A stretch of DNA of 64,000 bases from Planctomycetia bacterium (GTDB taxonomy: Bacteria > Planctomycetota > Planctomycetia > Pirellulales > Pirellulaceae). Shown piece after piece: positions 43,283 through 52,968 of the stretch. Position 1 is the stretch's first letter. Each line of letters opens with the position of its first letter. The notes beneath the pieces are model-generated. The model was not told the DNA's origin. It was given only the letters and a program-made list of their open reading frames with translations, and did not search any database. The DNA lies in NCBI GenBank assembly GCA_031367855.1, contig JANLQO010000454.1:7362-71361 (forward strand). Reading direction: 5' to 3'. The translations under genes were made by a program, and so were the position numbers.

Positions 43283-44152
43283 ATGAATCTGCAAATCCAC
43301 GAACTGTCGAAACGTTATCCGAACAATGTTCAAGCTCTCGACCGGGTATCCCTTGAAATACCCAAGGGCATGTTTGGGCTGCTGGGCCCCAATGGTGCAG
43401 GCAAATCTACGCTCATGCGCACCATTGCGACTCTGCAAGAAGCGGACTCAGGTAGCGTGCGGTTGGGTGATTTGGATGTGCTTGCGCAAAAACATGAGGT
43501 TCGCAAAATCCTCGGTTACCTGCCACAAGAGTTTGGCGTGTATCCGCGAACCAGTGCGGTCGAGTTGCTTTCGCATTTAGCCGCCCTCAAGGGTATTCCC
43601 TTTGCGCTGCGTCGCGAAGTCGTCGATAGCCTGCTGTCGCGGGTCAATCTGTATCAGCATCGCAAGAAATCAGTCGCCAGTTATTCAGGCGGTATGCGTC
43701 AGCGTTTCGGGATCGCGCAAGCACTTCTGGGCGATCCGAAGTTGTTAATCGTGGATGAACCGACGGCCGGACTTGATCCCGGCGAACGCAATCGGTTTTA
43801 CAACTTGCTCGCCGAAGTTGGCGAAAACGTGATCGTTATTCTCTCGACACATATCGTGCAAGATGTCAAAGAACTATGTACGAACATGGCCATCATTGAC
43901 CAAGGCAAGTTATTGTACAGCGGAACTCCAGACGCCGCCGAGAGAACATTGGCTGGCCGCGTATGGAAAAAATCTGTTACCAAAGTCGACCTGCCAGAGC
44001 TTGAGCGACATTTTCGGATTATTTCAACGAAGCTGGTCGCCGGTCGTCCGCTCATTCACGTGCTCAGCGAGTTCGATCCTGGCGAAGGATTTGAAGCGGT
44101 AGCTCCAGACTTAGAAGATGTCTTCTTTTCAAGATTGCCGGTGGTGGCCTAA
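43283..44152 (+). CDS. ABC transporter ATP-binding protein (ABC-2 type)
   Basis: Walker A is GLLGPNGAGKSTL, the signature is YSGGMRQRFGIAQAL and Walker B is LLIVDEPTAGLD. Its stop overlaps the start of the next gene (TAATG). Confidence 0.9.
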   Translation: MNLQIHELSKRYPNNVQALDRVSLEIPKGMFGLLGPNGAGKSTLMRTIATLQEADSGSVRLGDLDVLAQKHEVRKILGYLPQEFGVYPRTSAVELLSHLAALKGIPFALRREVVDSLLSRVNLYQHRKKSVASYSGGMRQRFGIAQALLGDPKLLIVDEPTAGLDPGERNRFYNLLAEVGENVIVILSTHIVQDVKELCTNMAIIDQGKLLYSGTPDAAERTLAGRVWKKSVTKVDLPELERHFRIISTKLVAGRPLIHVLSEFDPGEGFEAVAPDLEDVFFSRLPVVA

Positions 44153-47100
44153 TGTTCTGGGAATTCTTTCGCTTCGAATTGAGGTACTGGTTTCGCGGTT
44201 GGATGGTCTACATATTCTTGTCCATCATGACGCTGCTATTCTTTGCTGCGGCCAGTTCCGATCAGATCGTCGTGGGGCAGGCGATGGGCAACACCAATCG
44301 CAACGCGCCGTATGTAATTCAAATGTACTACGCGATGTCCGGCATTCTTTGTGGATTGATGGTCACCGCATTTGTGGATTCAGCGGCGTCGCGGGATTTC
44401 ACTTCAAAATCAAGCGACCTCGTGTTCAGCAAACCGATTTCAAAAGGAGCTTACATCTTTGGGCGATTCTTCGCAGCCTCAATCGCTGCGCTCGTGCCTA
44501 CTCTAGGAGCTTCGCTGGGGATACTGTTAGCCAGATATGGTTGGTGGATTGAAGCCAGTCGCTGGGGAGCGGTCGATTGGATGGCTCATGTGAACAGCAT
44601 TCTTGTATTTGCCATTCCCAATACCTTGCTGTTCGGTGCGATAGTATTTGCGATCTCGGTACTGACTCGCAGTACGCTGTATTCTTTCATCGGCACGCTG
44701 CTGTTTATTGTAGCTTATGCGATCTCAGGCTCATTTTTAGAGGACATCGAGAACGAACGCTTGGGTGCCATGCTCGATCCGATCGGTGTAGGGGCGTTCA
44801 GTGTGATTACAAAGTACTGGGCTGTGGAAGAAAAGAACACCTTGTCGGTTGGTTTAAGCGGGTTGATGTTGGCCAACCGAGCCATTTGGATGGGGGTAGT
44901 CAGTTGCATTTTGGCTTTTGCGTATTGGCGATTCACCTTCTCAGAAGGGTCGCGACGCAGTTCACGTCGCCAGTTGGCGATAACCGAACAAGTGGCTATT
45001 GTGAAGCCGATTTTGTTCGTCGAGCCGCACGCCGATGGTTTCTCCAGTCATTTCCAGCAGTTCGTCAGTCATTTTCGCAACGACTTCCGTGGTGTGATTC
45101 GCAGCACGGTCTTCTTGGTTTTGATGCTCGCCTGTCTATTAAATATGGTGCCAGCAATCTGGTTTGATGCAACATCGAACTACGGTCAGCACTCGTTCCC
45201 GGTCACCTACAAGCAAGTCGATCTGATTCGCGGAACATCGCTGTTATTTGTGATCGCGATTATCACCTTTTTCGCTGGTGTGCTGACGTGGCGCGATCGC
45301 GATGTGCGTTTGAATGAAATACTCGGTGCGCTGCCGTTCCCTAACTGGACCGCCTTTTTGTCACGGTTTCTGACTCTGGCGATCATCATCGAAACGATCT
45401 TTCTCCTCGGAATCGCCGTCGCTGTTGCGACGCAACTTGCCGGCGGCTACACGCGATTGCAGCTCGGCGTGTATGTTCAAGAGCTGTTGGTGATCGACTT
45501 TATCAAGATGAGTTTCCTGGCCATGCTGGCGTTCCTGATGCATACGCTCGCGCCCAACAAGTACGTCGGCTACTTCCTGTTCATCATCGCAGTGATTGCC
45601 AATGGGTTTGTTTGGAATCTACTGCGAGTAGACACATTGCTGGTCAAATTCGGTCGCTTGCCGTCCTACACCTACTCTGACATGTTCGGCATCGCACCGT
45701 ATGAACCTGGCCTTGTGGCGTTTGGGATCTACTGGGCCGCGTTCTGCCTGATGATCGCTTGGCTGTGTACCTGCGTCGCGCATCGCGGCATCGCTAGGCC
45801 GCTGTGGCAACGGGTTCGATATGGTTTGAAAGAACTATCGGGCAGTGCAAAGATCTGCATGGGCGCTGCGACCGTTGCTTGGCTGTCGCTCGGCGGCTGG
45901 CTGTACTACAACACGCAAGTCTTGAACACACTGACCGGATCGCATGAACTTGAGATTCGTCAAGTCGACTATGAAAAGAAATACAAGGCGACAGAGAAAG
46001 ACCAACTGCCGAGCATTACAAGTGTTCAGTACGAGATCGACATCTTCCCGGAGGAACGCAACCTGGTGATGAAGGGCAAGCAGGATTTGTATAACAAGTC
46101 CGAAGTAGCGATTAACACAATTGCCTTTTCGATCACGCCGAATTTGGAGACCAGCATCAATATCGCCGGTGCGCAGCGAGAGTCCGTCGACGAACGCCTA
46201 GGCGTCTGGATTTACAAATTCGATACGCCACTGCAGCCGGGCAAGAGCGTTCAGATGAACTACGAAGTCAAAGTGCTTTCGAAGGGGATCGAGAACAGCG
46301 TCAGCAACGTTGAGATTAATCAGAACGGAACGTTTTTCAATAACGGCCTCGCACCGTCGATGGGTTACGCAGCAGACCGCGAGCTGACGAATCCAAAAAC
46401 TCGCGAAAAGTACTTATTACCGAAATCCGACGGTTTTCCAACGCTGACTCGCGAGGGTGCCGAGTGCATGCATCATTACATAGGCGAAAGCGACTGGGTC
46501 AACATCGAAACTGTGATCAGCACCAGCGCGGACCAGATCGCGGTCGCACCCGGTTCGCTGGTTGAACAATGGGAGAAAGACGGCCGCCGTTATTTTCGTT
46601 ACCGAGTCGACCATCCGTCATTGAATTTCTATTCGTTCATCTCCGCCCGCTATGAAGTAGCTCGTGAGAAGTGGCATGATGTCGATGTCGAAGTCTATTA
46701 TCACCCAGAACACAAATGGAACGTGCCGCGGATGGTCGAGTCGATCAAGAGTTCGCTTGAGTACTGTTCCACGAACTTCGGGCCATATCGCCACAAGCAA
46801 GCTCGGATCATCGAGTTCCCTCGCACAGCCAGCTTTGCTCAGGCATTTCCCGGAACGATGCCCTATTCTGAGAGCATCGGGTTCATCGCAGACTTGAAAG
46901 ACCCTGAGGACATCGATTTCGTTTTCTATGTAGTCGCACACGAAATGGCTCATCAATGGTGGGCACATCAAGTCATCGGTGCCAAGATGCAGGGAGCGAC
47001 GTTGTTGTCTGAATCGCTAGCGCAGTATTCAGCCCTCATGATTATGGAGCATCATTACGGTCGCGAGATGATGCGCAAGTTTCTGAAGTATGAAATGGAT

Positions 47101-47730
47101 CGGTATTTAAGCGGTCGGGGTAAAGAATCCGCCGACGAAAAACCGCTGCTGCAAGTCAACCCATCGCAGGGCTACGTGCATTACCAAAAAGGCAGTGTCG
47201 TACTTTACTACCTCAAGGAGATGATCGGCGAAGATCGTATCAACGTCGCACTGAGAAACATTGTCGACAAATTCGCTTACCGAGATCCGCCGTATCCGAA
47301 TTCCTATGCTTTGGTCGACGAACTGAAGAAACAAATGCCCGACGAGCTTCAGTATTTGATGAAGGACTTGTTCGAAGACATCACGCTGTTTGCTAACCGA
47401 ACCACGGAAGCGCGTTACAGCAAACTGGACAGCGGCAAGTATCATGTAGTGCTTGACGTCGAATGCGAGAAGTTTAAATCTGATCCTAAGGGCAAGAACG
47501 ATACCGCCGAACTCCACGATTGGATCGAAATAGGCGCCTTTGCGAAGCCAGAACCCAAGAAGAAGTACGGCAAGCAACTTTACCGCGAGCGCATTTTCGT
47601 TGACAAAGGCAAGTCGACTTTCGAGTTTGACGTCGACGAAGTCCCTGACCTGGTCGGCATCGATCCCTATTTTTTGCTAATCGACCGGATGCCCGATGAT
47701 AACTTGAAGCGCGCAACGCTGAAGCAATGA
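44152..47730 (+). CDS. Fusion protein: ABC-2-type multi-pass permease region + M1-family zinc metallopeptidase domain
   Basis: The N-terminal ~560 aa are polytopic, with about 12 hydrophobic helices. The C-terminal half carries the gluzincin site VAHEMAHQWWAHQV...LLSESLAQY and M1-like blocks (YYHPEH, FPRTASFAQAFPGTMPYSES). Confidence 0.8.
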   Translation: MFWEFFRFELRYWFRGWMVYIFLSIMTLLFFAAASSDQIVVGQAMGNTNRNAPYVIQMYYAMSGILCGLMVTAFVDSAASRDFTSKSSDLVFSKPISKGAYIFGRFFAASIAALVPTLGASLGILLARYGWWIEASRWGAVDWMAHVNSILVFAIPNTLLFGAIVFAISVLTRSTLYSFIGTLLFIVAYAISGSFLEDIENERLGAMLDPIGVGAFSVITKYWAVEEKNTLSVGLSGLMLANRAIWMGVVSCILAFAYWRFTFSEGSRRSSRRQLAITEQVAIVKPILFVEPHADGFSSHFQQFVSHFRNDFRGVIRSTVFLVLMLACLLNMVPAIWFDATSNYGQHSFPVTYKQVDLIRGTSLLFVIAIITFFAGVLTWRDRDVRLNEILGALPFPNWTAFLSRFLTLAIIIETIFLLGIAVAVATQLAGGYTRLQLGVYVQELLVIDFIKMSFLAMLAFLMHTLAPNKYVGYFLFIIAVIANGFVWNLLRVDTLLVKFGRLPSYTYSDMFGIAPYEPGLVAFGIYWAAFCLMIAWLCTCVAHRGIARPLWQRVRYGLKELSGSAKICMGAATVAWLSLGGWLYYNTQVLNTLTGSHELEIRQVDYEKKYKATEKDQLPSITSVQYEIDIFPEERNLVMKGKQDLYNKSEVAINTIAFSITPNLETSINIAGAQRESVDERLGVWIYKFDTPLQPGKSVQMNYEVKVLSKGIENSVSNVEINQNGTFFNNGLAPSMGYAADRELTNPKTREKYLLPKSDGFPTLTREGAECMHHYIGESDWVNIETVISTSADQIAVAPGSLVEQWEKDGRRYFRYRVDHPSLNFYSFISARYEVAREKWHDVDVEVYYHPEHKWNVPRMVESIKSSLEYCSTNFGPYRHKQARIIEFPRTASFAQAFPGTMPYSESIGFIADLKDPEDIDFVFYVVAHEMAHQWWAHQVIGAKMQGATLLSESLAQYSALMIMEHHYGREMMRKFLKYEMDRYLSGRGKESADEKPLLQVNPSQGYVHYQKGSVVLYYLKEMIGEDRINVALRNIVDKFAYRDPPYPNSYALVDELKKQMPDELQYLMKDLFEDITLFANRTTEARYSKLDSGKYHVVLDVECEKFKSDPKGKNDTAELHDWIEIGAFAKPEPKKKYGKQLYRERIFVDKGKSTFEFDVDEVPDLVGIDPYFLLIDRMPDDNLKRATLKQ

Positions 47731-48182
47731 CCTATTCCAAGCGTTGTTTCCATTAGCCCTGACCTTAATGGGCTCGCTCGAGGCGAATGAGCTCCTGCCC
47801 ACCCAAAGTTGCATCGTTTCCGTATGTCGGTGGCGTTCTTCCGTCCCTCGCGGGACTTGCATTATCGTCGCATTCGATACCCACCACCAAAAAAGGTGGG
47901 CTATGTGTCGATGGCCCCTCGCGGGACAAACTTCGCATCTCCCCGATGATCCATATTTTCACGAATATTTGGATGTTTCATAATATTCTGCCTGCCTCTA
48001 TGAATTTCTTAACGTACGTTTGAGATGAGTCAAAACTGATCGTTTGACTTGGTTGGACAGGGATTTCCGTCGTGATCTGCCCCGCGTCATTACGGTTTGC
48101 GCTGCAATGGAATCCTTGATCCGTCACGTTGCGTGTGATCTCGGTTACTCTAATCTTCAAGTTTGCTAGCGGGAGCGGCACC

Positions 48183-48797
48183 ATGAAATTTGATCGGTTT
48201 AACTTTGGGCTTGCGCTACATTTAATTTTGCTGACCGTCGCGCCTTCGGTGCATGCACAAGATGTAATGCGCGTCGAGGAGGATTGGGCTTTACAAGTAT
48301 TGGAACCGGACGAGCAGCTTAACTCTCCGCAGATCACCACTGCCATGCTGCCGGCAGGGCCGGCGTCGAGCACCATCTTCTTTCTCGATATCAATCATGG
48401 ATCCGCGCCCGATTATTCCGCGGGCGGACTGCAATTGCGAGCCGATCAAAATGGTGAGGGCAGTGCTCGCAAACGCATGCTCAGCGGAGACAAACTAAGT
48501 CACGCTTCCGAGACAATCACATGGACGCAAGTCATGTTACAGCAAGGCAACCAGCTCAAGTTCGGCATCGTGTACGGTCAAAGCCAAACATGGAAATCCT
48601 TTGGTGGTTCCGAGTCGTTCATTGATGTGACGACCAACGCGAATAACTTGAATGCATATCGTCCCACCGATTCGCTAAGCAATTCGGGTACTGTGTACGC
48701 AGGCAATCGAGTGGCCGCGTTGACGCTGCTGCGGGTGCGATTGTTCAGCAACCTGGGTCAGATGGTTGAAATTCCGATCAATCAGAGTCCGCGTTAG
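48183..48797 (+). CDS. Secreted hypothetical protein (204 aa), first gene of the TadG/TadE-like cluster
   Basis: The signal peptide MKFDRFNFGLALHLILLTVAPSVHAQD starts at the ATG at 48183. No known motif was found. Confidence 0.5.
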   Translation: MKFDRFNFGLALHLILLTVAPSVHAQDVMRVEEDWALQVLEPDEQLNSPQITTAMLPAGPASSTIFFLDINHGSAPDYSAGGLQLRADQNGEGSARKRMLSGDKLSHASETITWTQVMLQQGNQLKFGIVYGQSQTWKSFGGSESFIDVTTNANNLNAYRPTDSLSNSGTVYAGNRVAALTLLRVRLFSNLGQMVEIPINQSPR

Positions 48798-48859
48798 CTT
48801 CTTACCGTAAACCTTGCGTTCCTTGGGCAGTCTGTTTAGGTTTTTTAAGGGGTGTTGCC

Positions 48860-50029
48860 ATGTGCGTGCAAAAACTGGAAAAGCGCTACATCAGCCGTCT
48901 GCATAGAAATCGTCAAGGGGCTGTGCTCGTTCTAGCAGCCGTCATGCTGTTCATGATGATGGCGTTCCTTGCGTTCACGGTTGACACCGGTTATCTGGCT
49001 GCTAGCAAAGCCGAGATTCGTCGCAGCGCCGACTCGGCGGCGCTCGCAGGTTGCTGGGAACTTTACGATGGTTTGGTCCAAGGCAAAACGTTGACGCAAT
49101 CTGAAGCCGACGTTGCGGCTGAAGCAGCCCTGTATGCAGGCGTTAATCCGATAGCGAACACCTCGCCAGGACTATCGAATGAAATCAACAGTCGTAGCGT
49201 AGAAGTGGGCTACCTCTCTACCATCACTTCTAACTCAATCAGCACCAATGCCAGTCTGCCATTCCATGCCGTGCGCGTCACCGTCAAGAAGAACTCGCAA
49301 CAGAACGGCGAGATCCCATTCTTTTTTGGGCGCATTTTCGGTGATAGCGGTCGGGCCATTGATGCCGCCGCCACGGCCGTGATGGCTCGCAACATCAGCG
49401 GCTTTACAACTCCAGGAAATTCGCAGGAAACGCTCGGTGTGTTGCCCTTCGCGCTCGATCTGCAAACGTGGAACACGATCAGCGCGAACACGGCTCAAGA
49501 TTCCTTCAGTTACAACTCGAGTACCGGTGCTGTGACGGCTGGAGGTGACGGAGTTCGCGAAGTGAATTTGTATCCTCAAGGAACTGGTTCACCCGGCAAT
49601 CGTGGGACCGTCGACATCGGTGGCGCGAACAACAGTACCGCCGATATAGCGCGTCAGATTGTCTACGGCATTTCACAAGCAGATATTCAGCAACTGGGCA
49701 AAACGCTGAATTTCAATTCTAGTGGGACGATGACCTTGAACGGTGATACAGGCATCAGCGCCGGGGTGAAAGATGAACTCGCAAGTATCATCGGCCAGCC
49801 TCGTATCATTCCAGTGTTTTCAACCGTCAGCGGCAACGGTAACAATGCCAACTACACGATTGTAAAGTGGGTGGGTGTACGCATTCTGAATGTCAAGTTA
49901 ACAGGTGCCATGTCGCAGAAGGCAGTTATCATTCAGCCAGCACCGGTCGTTTCGCGTAACTTTGTCATCAATAATTCTGAAGCCGATACTAGCGATTATG
50001 TCTACTCTCCAGTTCTTTTAGCTCGATAG
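48860..50029 (+). CDS. TadG-like (Flp pilus-assembly TadE/G-like) protein
   Basis: The N-terminal block RQGAVLVLAAVMLFMMMAFLAFTVDTGYLAASKAEIRRSADSAALAG is typical of TadG/Tad-like pseudopilin-type proteins. Confidence 0.65.
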   Translation: MCVQKLEKRYISRLHRNRQGAVLVLAAVMLFMMMAFLAFTVDTGYLAASKAEIRRSADSAALAGCWELYDGLVQGKTLTQSEADVAAEAALYAGVNPIANTSPGLSNEINSRSVEVGYLSTITSNSISTNASLPFHAVRVTVKKNSQQNGEIPFFFGRIFGDSGRAIDAAATAVMARNISGFTTPGNSQETLGVLPFALDLQTWNTISANTAQDSFSYNSSTGAVTAGGDGVREVNLYPQGTGSPGNRGTVDIGGANNSTADIARQIVYGISQADIQQLGKTLNFNSSGTMTLNGDTGISAGVKDELASIIGQPRIIPVFSTVSGNGNNANYTIVKWVGVRILNVKLTGAMSQKAVIIQPAPVVSRNFVINNSEADTSDYVYSPVLLAR

Positions 50030-50061
50030 TGCACTATTTGTACACAGTAAAGAGATTCAAC

Positions 50062-50517
50062 ATGTCGCTCAATACAAACCGAACACGCCGAAGTACTGGC
50101 TCGACACCTGAGCCGTTTATTCGCAACCTGAATCGCGCGGGCGCCGCCGCGGTTGAGTTCGCCATCGTCGGGCCGCTCATGGTAATGCTGACCATGGGGA
50201 TGATGGAAGTCGGACGCGCAGTGATGGTCAAACAGGTAATGATCAATGCGTCGCGCGAAGGCGCGCGTACGGCGATTCTTCCTTCAACCAATGCCGAAGA
50301 CGTAATCGCACAGGTGCAATCACAGCTGGCTGCGTCATCCATCAATGGCACCACCGTGACAGTCAACCCGCCATCGCTGGCGAACGCAGCCGCCGGAACT
50401 GCGGTGACGGTCTCAATCTCTGTGAACGCGAGTCAGGTGAGTTGGATTCCGAATCCGGCGTTCATGCTGAATCGAACCATTTCTGCTGCGACGACCATGC
50501 GTCGGGAGAGTTTGTAG
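50062..50517 (+). CDS. TadE-like protein
   Basis: GAAAVEFAIVGPLMVMLTMGMMEVGRAV...NASREGAR is the TadE N-terminal signature. The ATG at 50062 is preceded by AAAGAG. Confidence 0.7.
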   Translation: MSLNTNRTRRSTGSTPEPFIRNLNRAGAAAVEFAIVGPLMVMLTMGMMEVGRAVMVKQVMINASREGARTAILPSTNAEDVIAQVQSQLAASSINGTTVTVNPPSLANAAAGTAVTVSISVNASQVSWIPNPAFMLNRTISAATTMRRESL

Positions 50518-50580
50518 ATTCTTCTGATAAAGTCGATTTGAGAATCACCAAGTGTCGCAAGCACGGGCCGGACTCCGATG

Positions 50581-51369
50581 TCAAGGCAAGCGAATCAAAT
50601 GAACCGCCCGCACGTCCATCAAAGCACCGTGTTTGATGTTTTTGGGGCGAATACGAAGTTGGTAGTCGCCTGAGTCCGTCAGGTTGATTTCGCCTAAGTG
50701 TCGCCACACGAAGTTCTGAAAATGACCCGTTTCCAAAACTTCGAATTCGATTTGAGCGGCTGGTTTGTCGGCAGCGGCGACGGGGAGTAAAGCAATTTCA
50801 GCGGTGCTGCCGCCGTTGCCTGCACCGCAGCCTTGGAGAATCGCTACGTTGAATTTGCCGGGTTTGGCCACCTTCAAGGTCCATGAGGCAGAGTTCTGCA
50901 TGCCAGCCCAATACCCTACGGTGTTCTTGATCGTTTGTGGTTCGTAACGGATCTTGTCACCGGTGGTACTTGCTAGGTGCGCCGGCAGGAACAGCGAACC
51001 GTCGCCGGTCGCTTGAATCGGTTGGCACTCCGCCATCAACAGGGGTGGGGCGTCCAGCAGCATTTCAATGGTCGCTTCACTTTTGGGAAGTTTGTCCCAA
51101 GTCACTTTCCAAGTCGTCAGTTCAGGTTGTAGCTTCAAGTTCGAAACGGCTTCTTCGCCTTGCCATTGCAAGGAACGCAGCGGAGCCGCCAGTCGTGGCA
51201 GCTCAAGGCTGTTGCCTTGGAAATTCGCTTGCAGCTTGATCAGCACCGTTTGCCCCTCCACGGCCAGCTTGGCACCAGCGATCTGAACGCTAGCCAATTG
51301 TGCTTGAGCTGAAGCCAAGCAACCGAACAAGAGGGGCAGGGACAGGATCACATCTTTGAGTTTGAGCAT
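50581..51369 (-). CDS. Secreted protein with a C-terminal carbohydrate-binding-like beta-sandwich segment (tentative)
   Basis: The signal peptide is MLKLKDVILSLPLLFGCLASAQA, starting at the ATG at 51369. The C-terminal part (TVGYWAGMQNSASWTLKVAKPGKFNVAILQGCG...GDYQLRIRPKN...ALMDVRAVHLIRL) resembles CBM-type modules seen in planctomycete glycan-active proteins. This is a by-eye call only. Confidence 0.4.
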   Translation of the reverse strand: MLKLKDVILSLPLLFGCLASAQAQLASVQIAGAKLAVEGQTVLIKLQANFQGNSLELPRLAAPLRSLQWQGEEAVSNLKLQPELTTWKVTWDKLPKSEATIEMLLDAPPLLMAECQPIQATGDGSLFLPAHLASTTGDKIRYEPQTIKNTVGYWAGMQNSASWTLKVAKPGKFNVAILQGCGAGNGGSTAEIALLPVAAADKPAAQIEFEVLETGHFQNFVWRHLGEINLTDSGDYQLRIRPKNIKHGALMDVRAVHLIRLP

Positions 51370-51534
51370 GGTTGGTTGCTTTCGTGTTGAATTGGCGTTG
51401 CTGTGAGTCGAAGAGGTAGGACATACTGCTCGGACCGAATGCACTCGCTGCGATTCGGCTGGAAGTAGATTTTAACTGGCCTGCGCCAAAATCGGTTTAA
51501 CGGCAGTTAAACTCTGAATGCGGCGCCATTAGCT

Positions 51535-52272
51535 ATGCTAGCAAAACAGATGAAAATTCTAACAAAAACCTATCGTCGTATTGGCTACCTTTCGCAGTAC
51601 CGCGAGTTCGCTCGTCGAAACCAAGTCGAACGTCCCGAGTTTACGGCGACGTGGTCGGACCGCTGGGCGCGGCTAGATGACAAAACGGGCCATCTGCCTT
51701 TCGACTCGCATTACGTCTATCACACCGCCTGGGCCGCCAGAGTGCTGGCCGAGTCGCGACCGGTGAAACATATCGATATCAGTTCGTACACCTACTTTGC
51801 AACGATCGCATCGGCATTTGTGCCGGTCGAGTTCTACGACTATCGCCCGGCCAATATCACCCTTTCCAATTTAACGTGCGGAGCGGCAGACCTGTGCCAG
51901 TTAACCTTTGCAGACCAGAGCGTCGAGAGTCTTTCGTGCATGCATACAATTGAACACATCGGATTAGGCCGCTATGGCGATCCGCTCGACGTGCAAGGCG
52001 ACCGACGGGCATTAGCCGAACTGCAGCGAGTTGTCGCGCCCGGTGGTTCGTTGCTGGTCGTCGTGCCGATCGGCGAACCTCGCATTCAGTTCAACGCGCA
52101 TCGCATCTACGATCCCGCCATGATTGAATCTGGATTGCCCGAGCTGAAACTACATCGTTGGTCGCTGTTACCCGATGATTCCTCTAACGGCCTAGTCAAC
52201 AATCCCACTCGCGAGTTTGCCCTTCAGCAGCGATATGGCTGCGGGTGCTTTTGGTTCAAGCGAGCAGGATAA
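51535..52272 (+). CDS. SAM-dependent methyltransferase, DUF268-like
   Basis: The pattern LTFADQSVESLSCMHTIEHIGLGRYGDPLDVQGDRRALAELQRVVAPGGSLLVVVPIG is characteristic of DUF268/class-I methyltransferases. Confidence 0.65.
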   Translation: MLAKQMKILTKTYRRIGYLSQYREFARRNQVERPEFTATWSDRWARLDDKTGHLPFDSHYVYHTAWAARVLAESRPVKHIDISSYTYFATIASAFVPVEFYDYRPANITLSNLTCGAADLCQLTFADQSVESLSCMHTIEHIGLGRYGDPLDVQGDRRALAELQRVVAPGGSLLVVVPIGEPRIQFNAHRIYDPAMIESGLPELKLHRWSLLPDDSSNGLVNNPTREFALQQRYGCGCFWFKRAG

Positions 52273-52303
52273 CAGACTCAAACGCCATGCGGGGCCAGAC
52301 CTT

Positions 52304-52404
52304 GACTCAAAAGCGGTCTGACCCTTTGGAGGGCAGGCTAACTGCGCTAACTGCCTGACAAACGACATGCCCGGCGAGGGTCAGACCCCTTTTGAGACAC
52401 AGCC
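52304..52404 (+). repeat. R1 palindromic intergenic element, copy 3
   Basis: The arms are GACTCAAAAGCGGTCTGACCCTTTGGAGGGCAGG ... CATGCCCGGCGAGGGTCAGACCCCTTTTGAGACACAGCC. The element lies between convergent genes and overlaps the last 7 codons plus the stop of maf. Confidence 0.8.
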
Positions 52405-52956
52405 TAGCATTTCGCGAAGCAGATCCAGTGGCAGGCCTACCACGTTGCTGGCGGTACCAGAAACTAATTTCAGCCATGGATGACCGTCCTGATAGCCGAA
52501 CGCGCCCGACTTGCCGATCCAATCATCACTGTCGAGGTAGGTTTGGATTTGCGTCTCGCTGAGCTGGTCCATGATCAACTCGCTCTTGGAAACTCGCACA
52601 TCGGGTTCACCATCGGGCACGCGCCACACGCACAAGCCACTGAAGACGCGATGCTTCCGACCGCTGAGCAACCGCAGCATCTGTTCAGCGTGAGCCCGGT
52701 CACTGGGTTTGCCGAGCATTTGACCCTGAATGTCCGCGACGGTGTCGCAAGCGATGACGATGGCTGTGCCTTGGATGCGCGGTAGAATGTCGACCGCCTT
52801 CTGGTAAGCAAACCGTGCGACCATCTCAGGTGTCGACTCACCCGAACACATGCCGCATTCTGCCGACTCGCTAGGTACGACGATTTCGTACTGGTAGCCG
52901 ACTTGGTCCATAAGTTCGCGGCGACGCGGCGATTGGCTGGCAAGGATGAGCTTCAT
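52381..52956 (-). CDS. maf: Maf-like nucleoside triphosphate pyrophosphatase
   Basis: Maf family hallmarks are MKLILASQSPRRRELM, ACDTVADIQGQMLGKP and GKSGAFGYQD. Confidence 0.9.
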   Translation of the reverse strand: MKLILASQSPRRRELMDQVGYQYEIVVPSESAECGMCSGESTPEMVARFAYQKAVDILPRIQGTAIVIACDTVADIQGQMLGKPSDRAHAEQMLRLLSGRKHRVFSGLCVWRVPDGEPDVRVSKSELIMDQLSETQIQTYLDSDDWIGKSGAFGYQDGHPWLKLVSGTASNVVGLPLDLLREMLGCVSKGV

Positions 52957-52968
52957 AGCAGCTTGGCC

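Noticed and set aside
47731-48182. A possible c-di-GMP or other riboswitch in the 450-bp leader of the TadG/TadE-like cluster, including small hairpins such as CCCACC-accaaaaaa-GGTGGG and the repeated CCCTCGCGGGAC.
   Set aside because: I could not find the conserved GEMM-I cores (GGCAAACC, GGGACGCAAAGCC) or any other riboswitch consensus I know. The hairpins are short and could arise by chance. I mention it only as context in the Tad finding.
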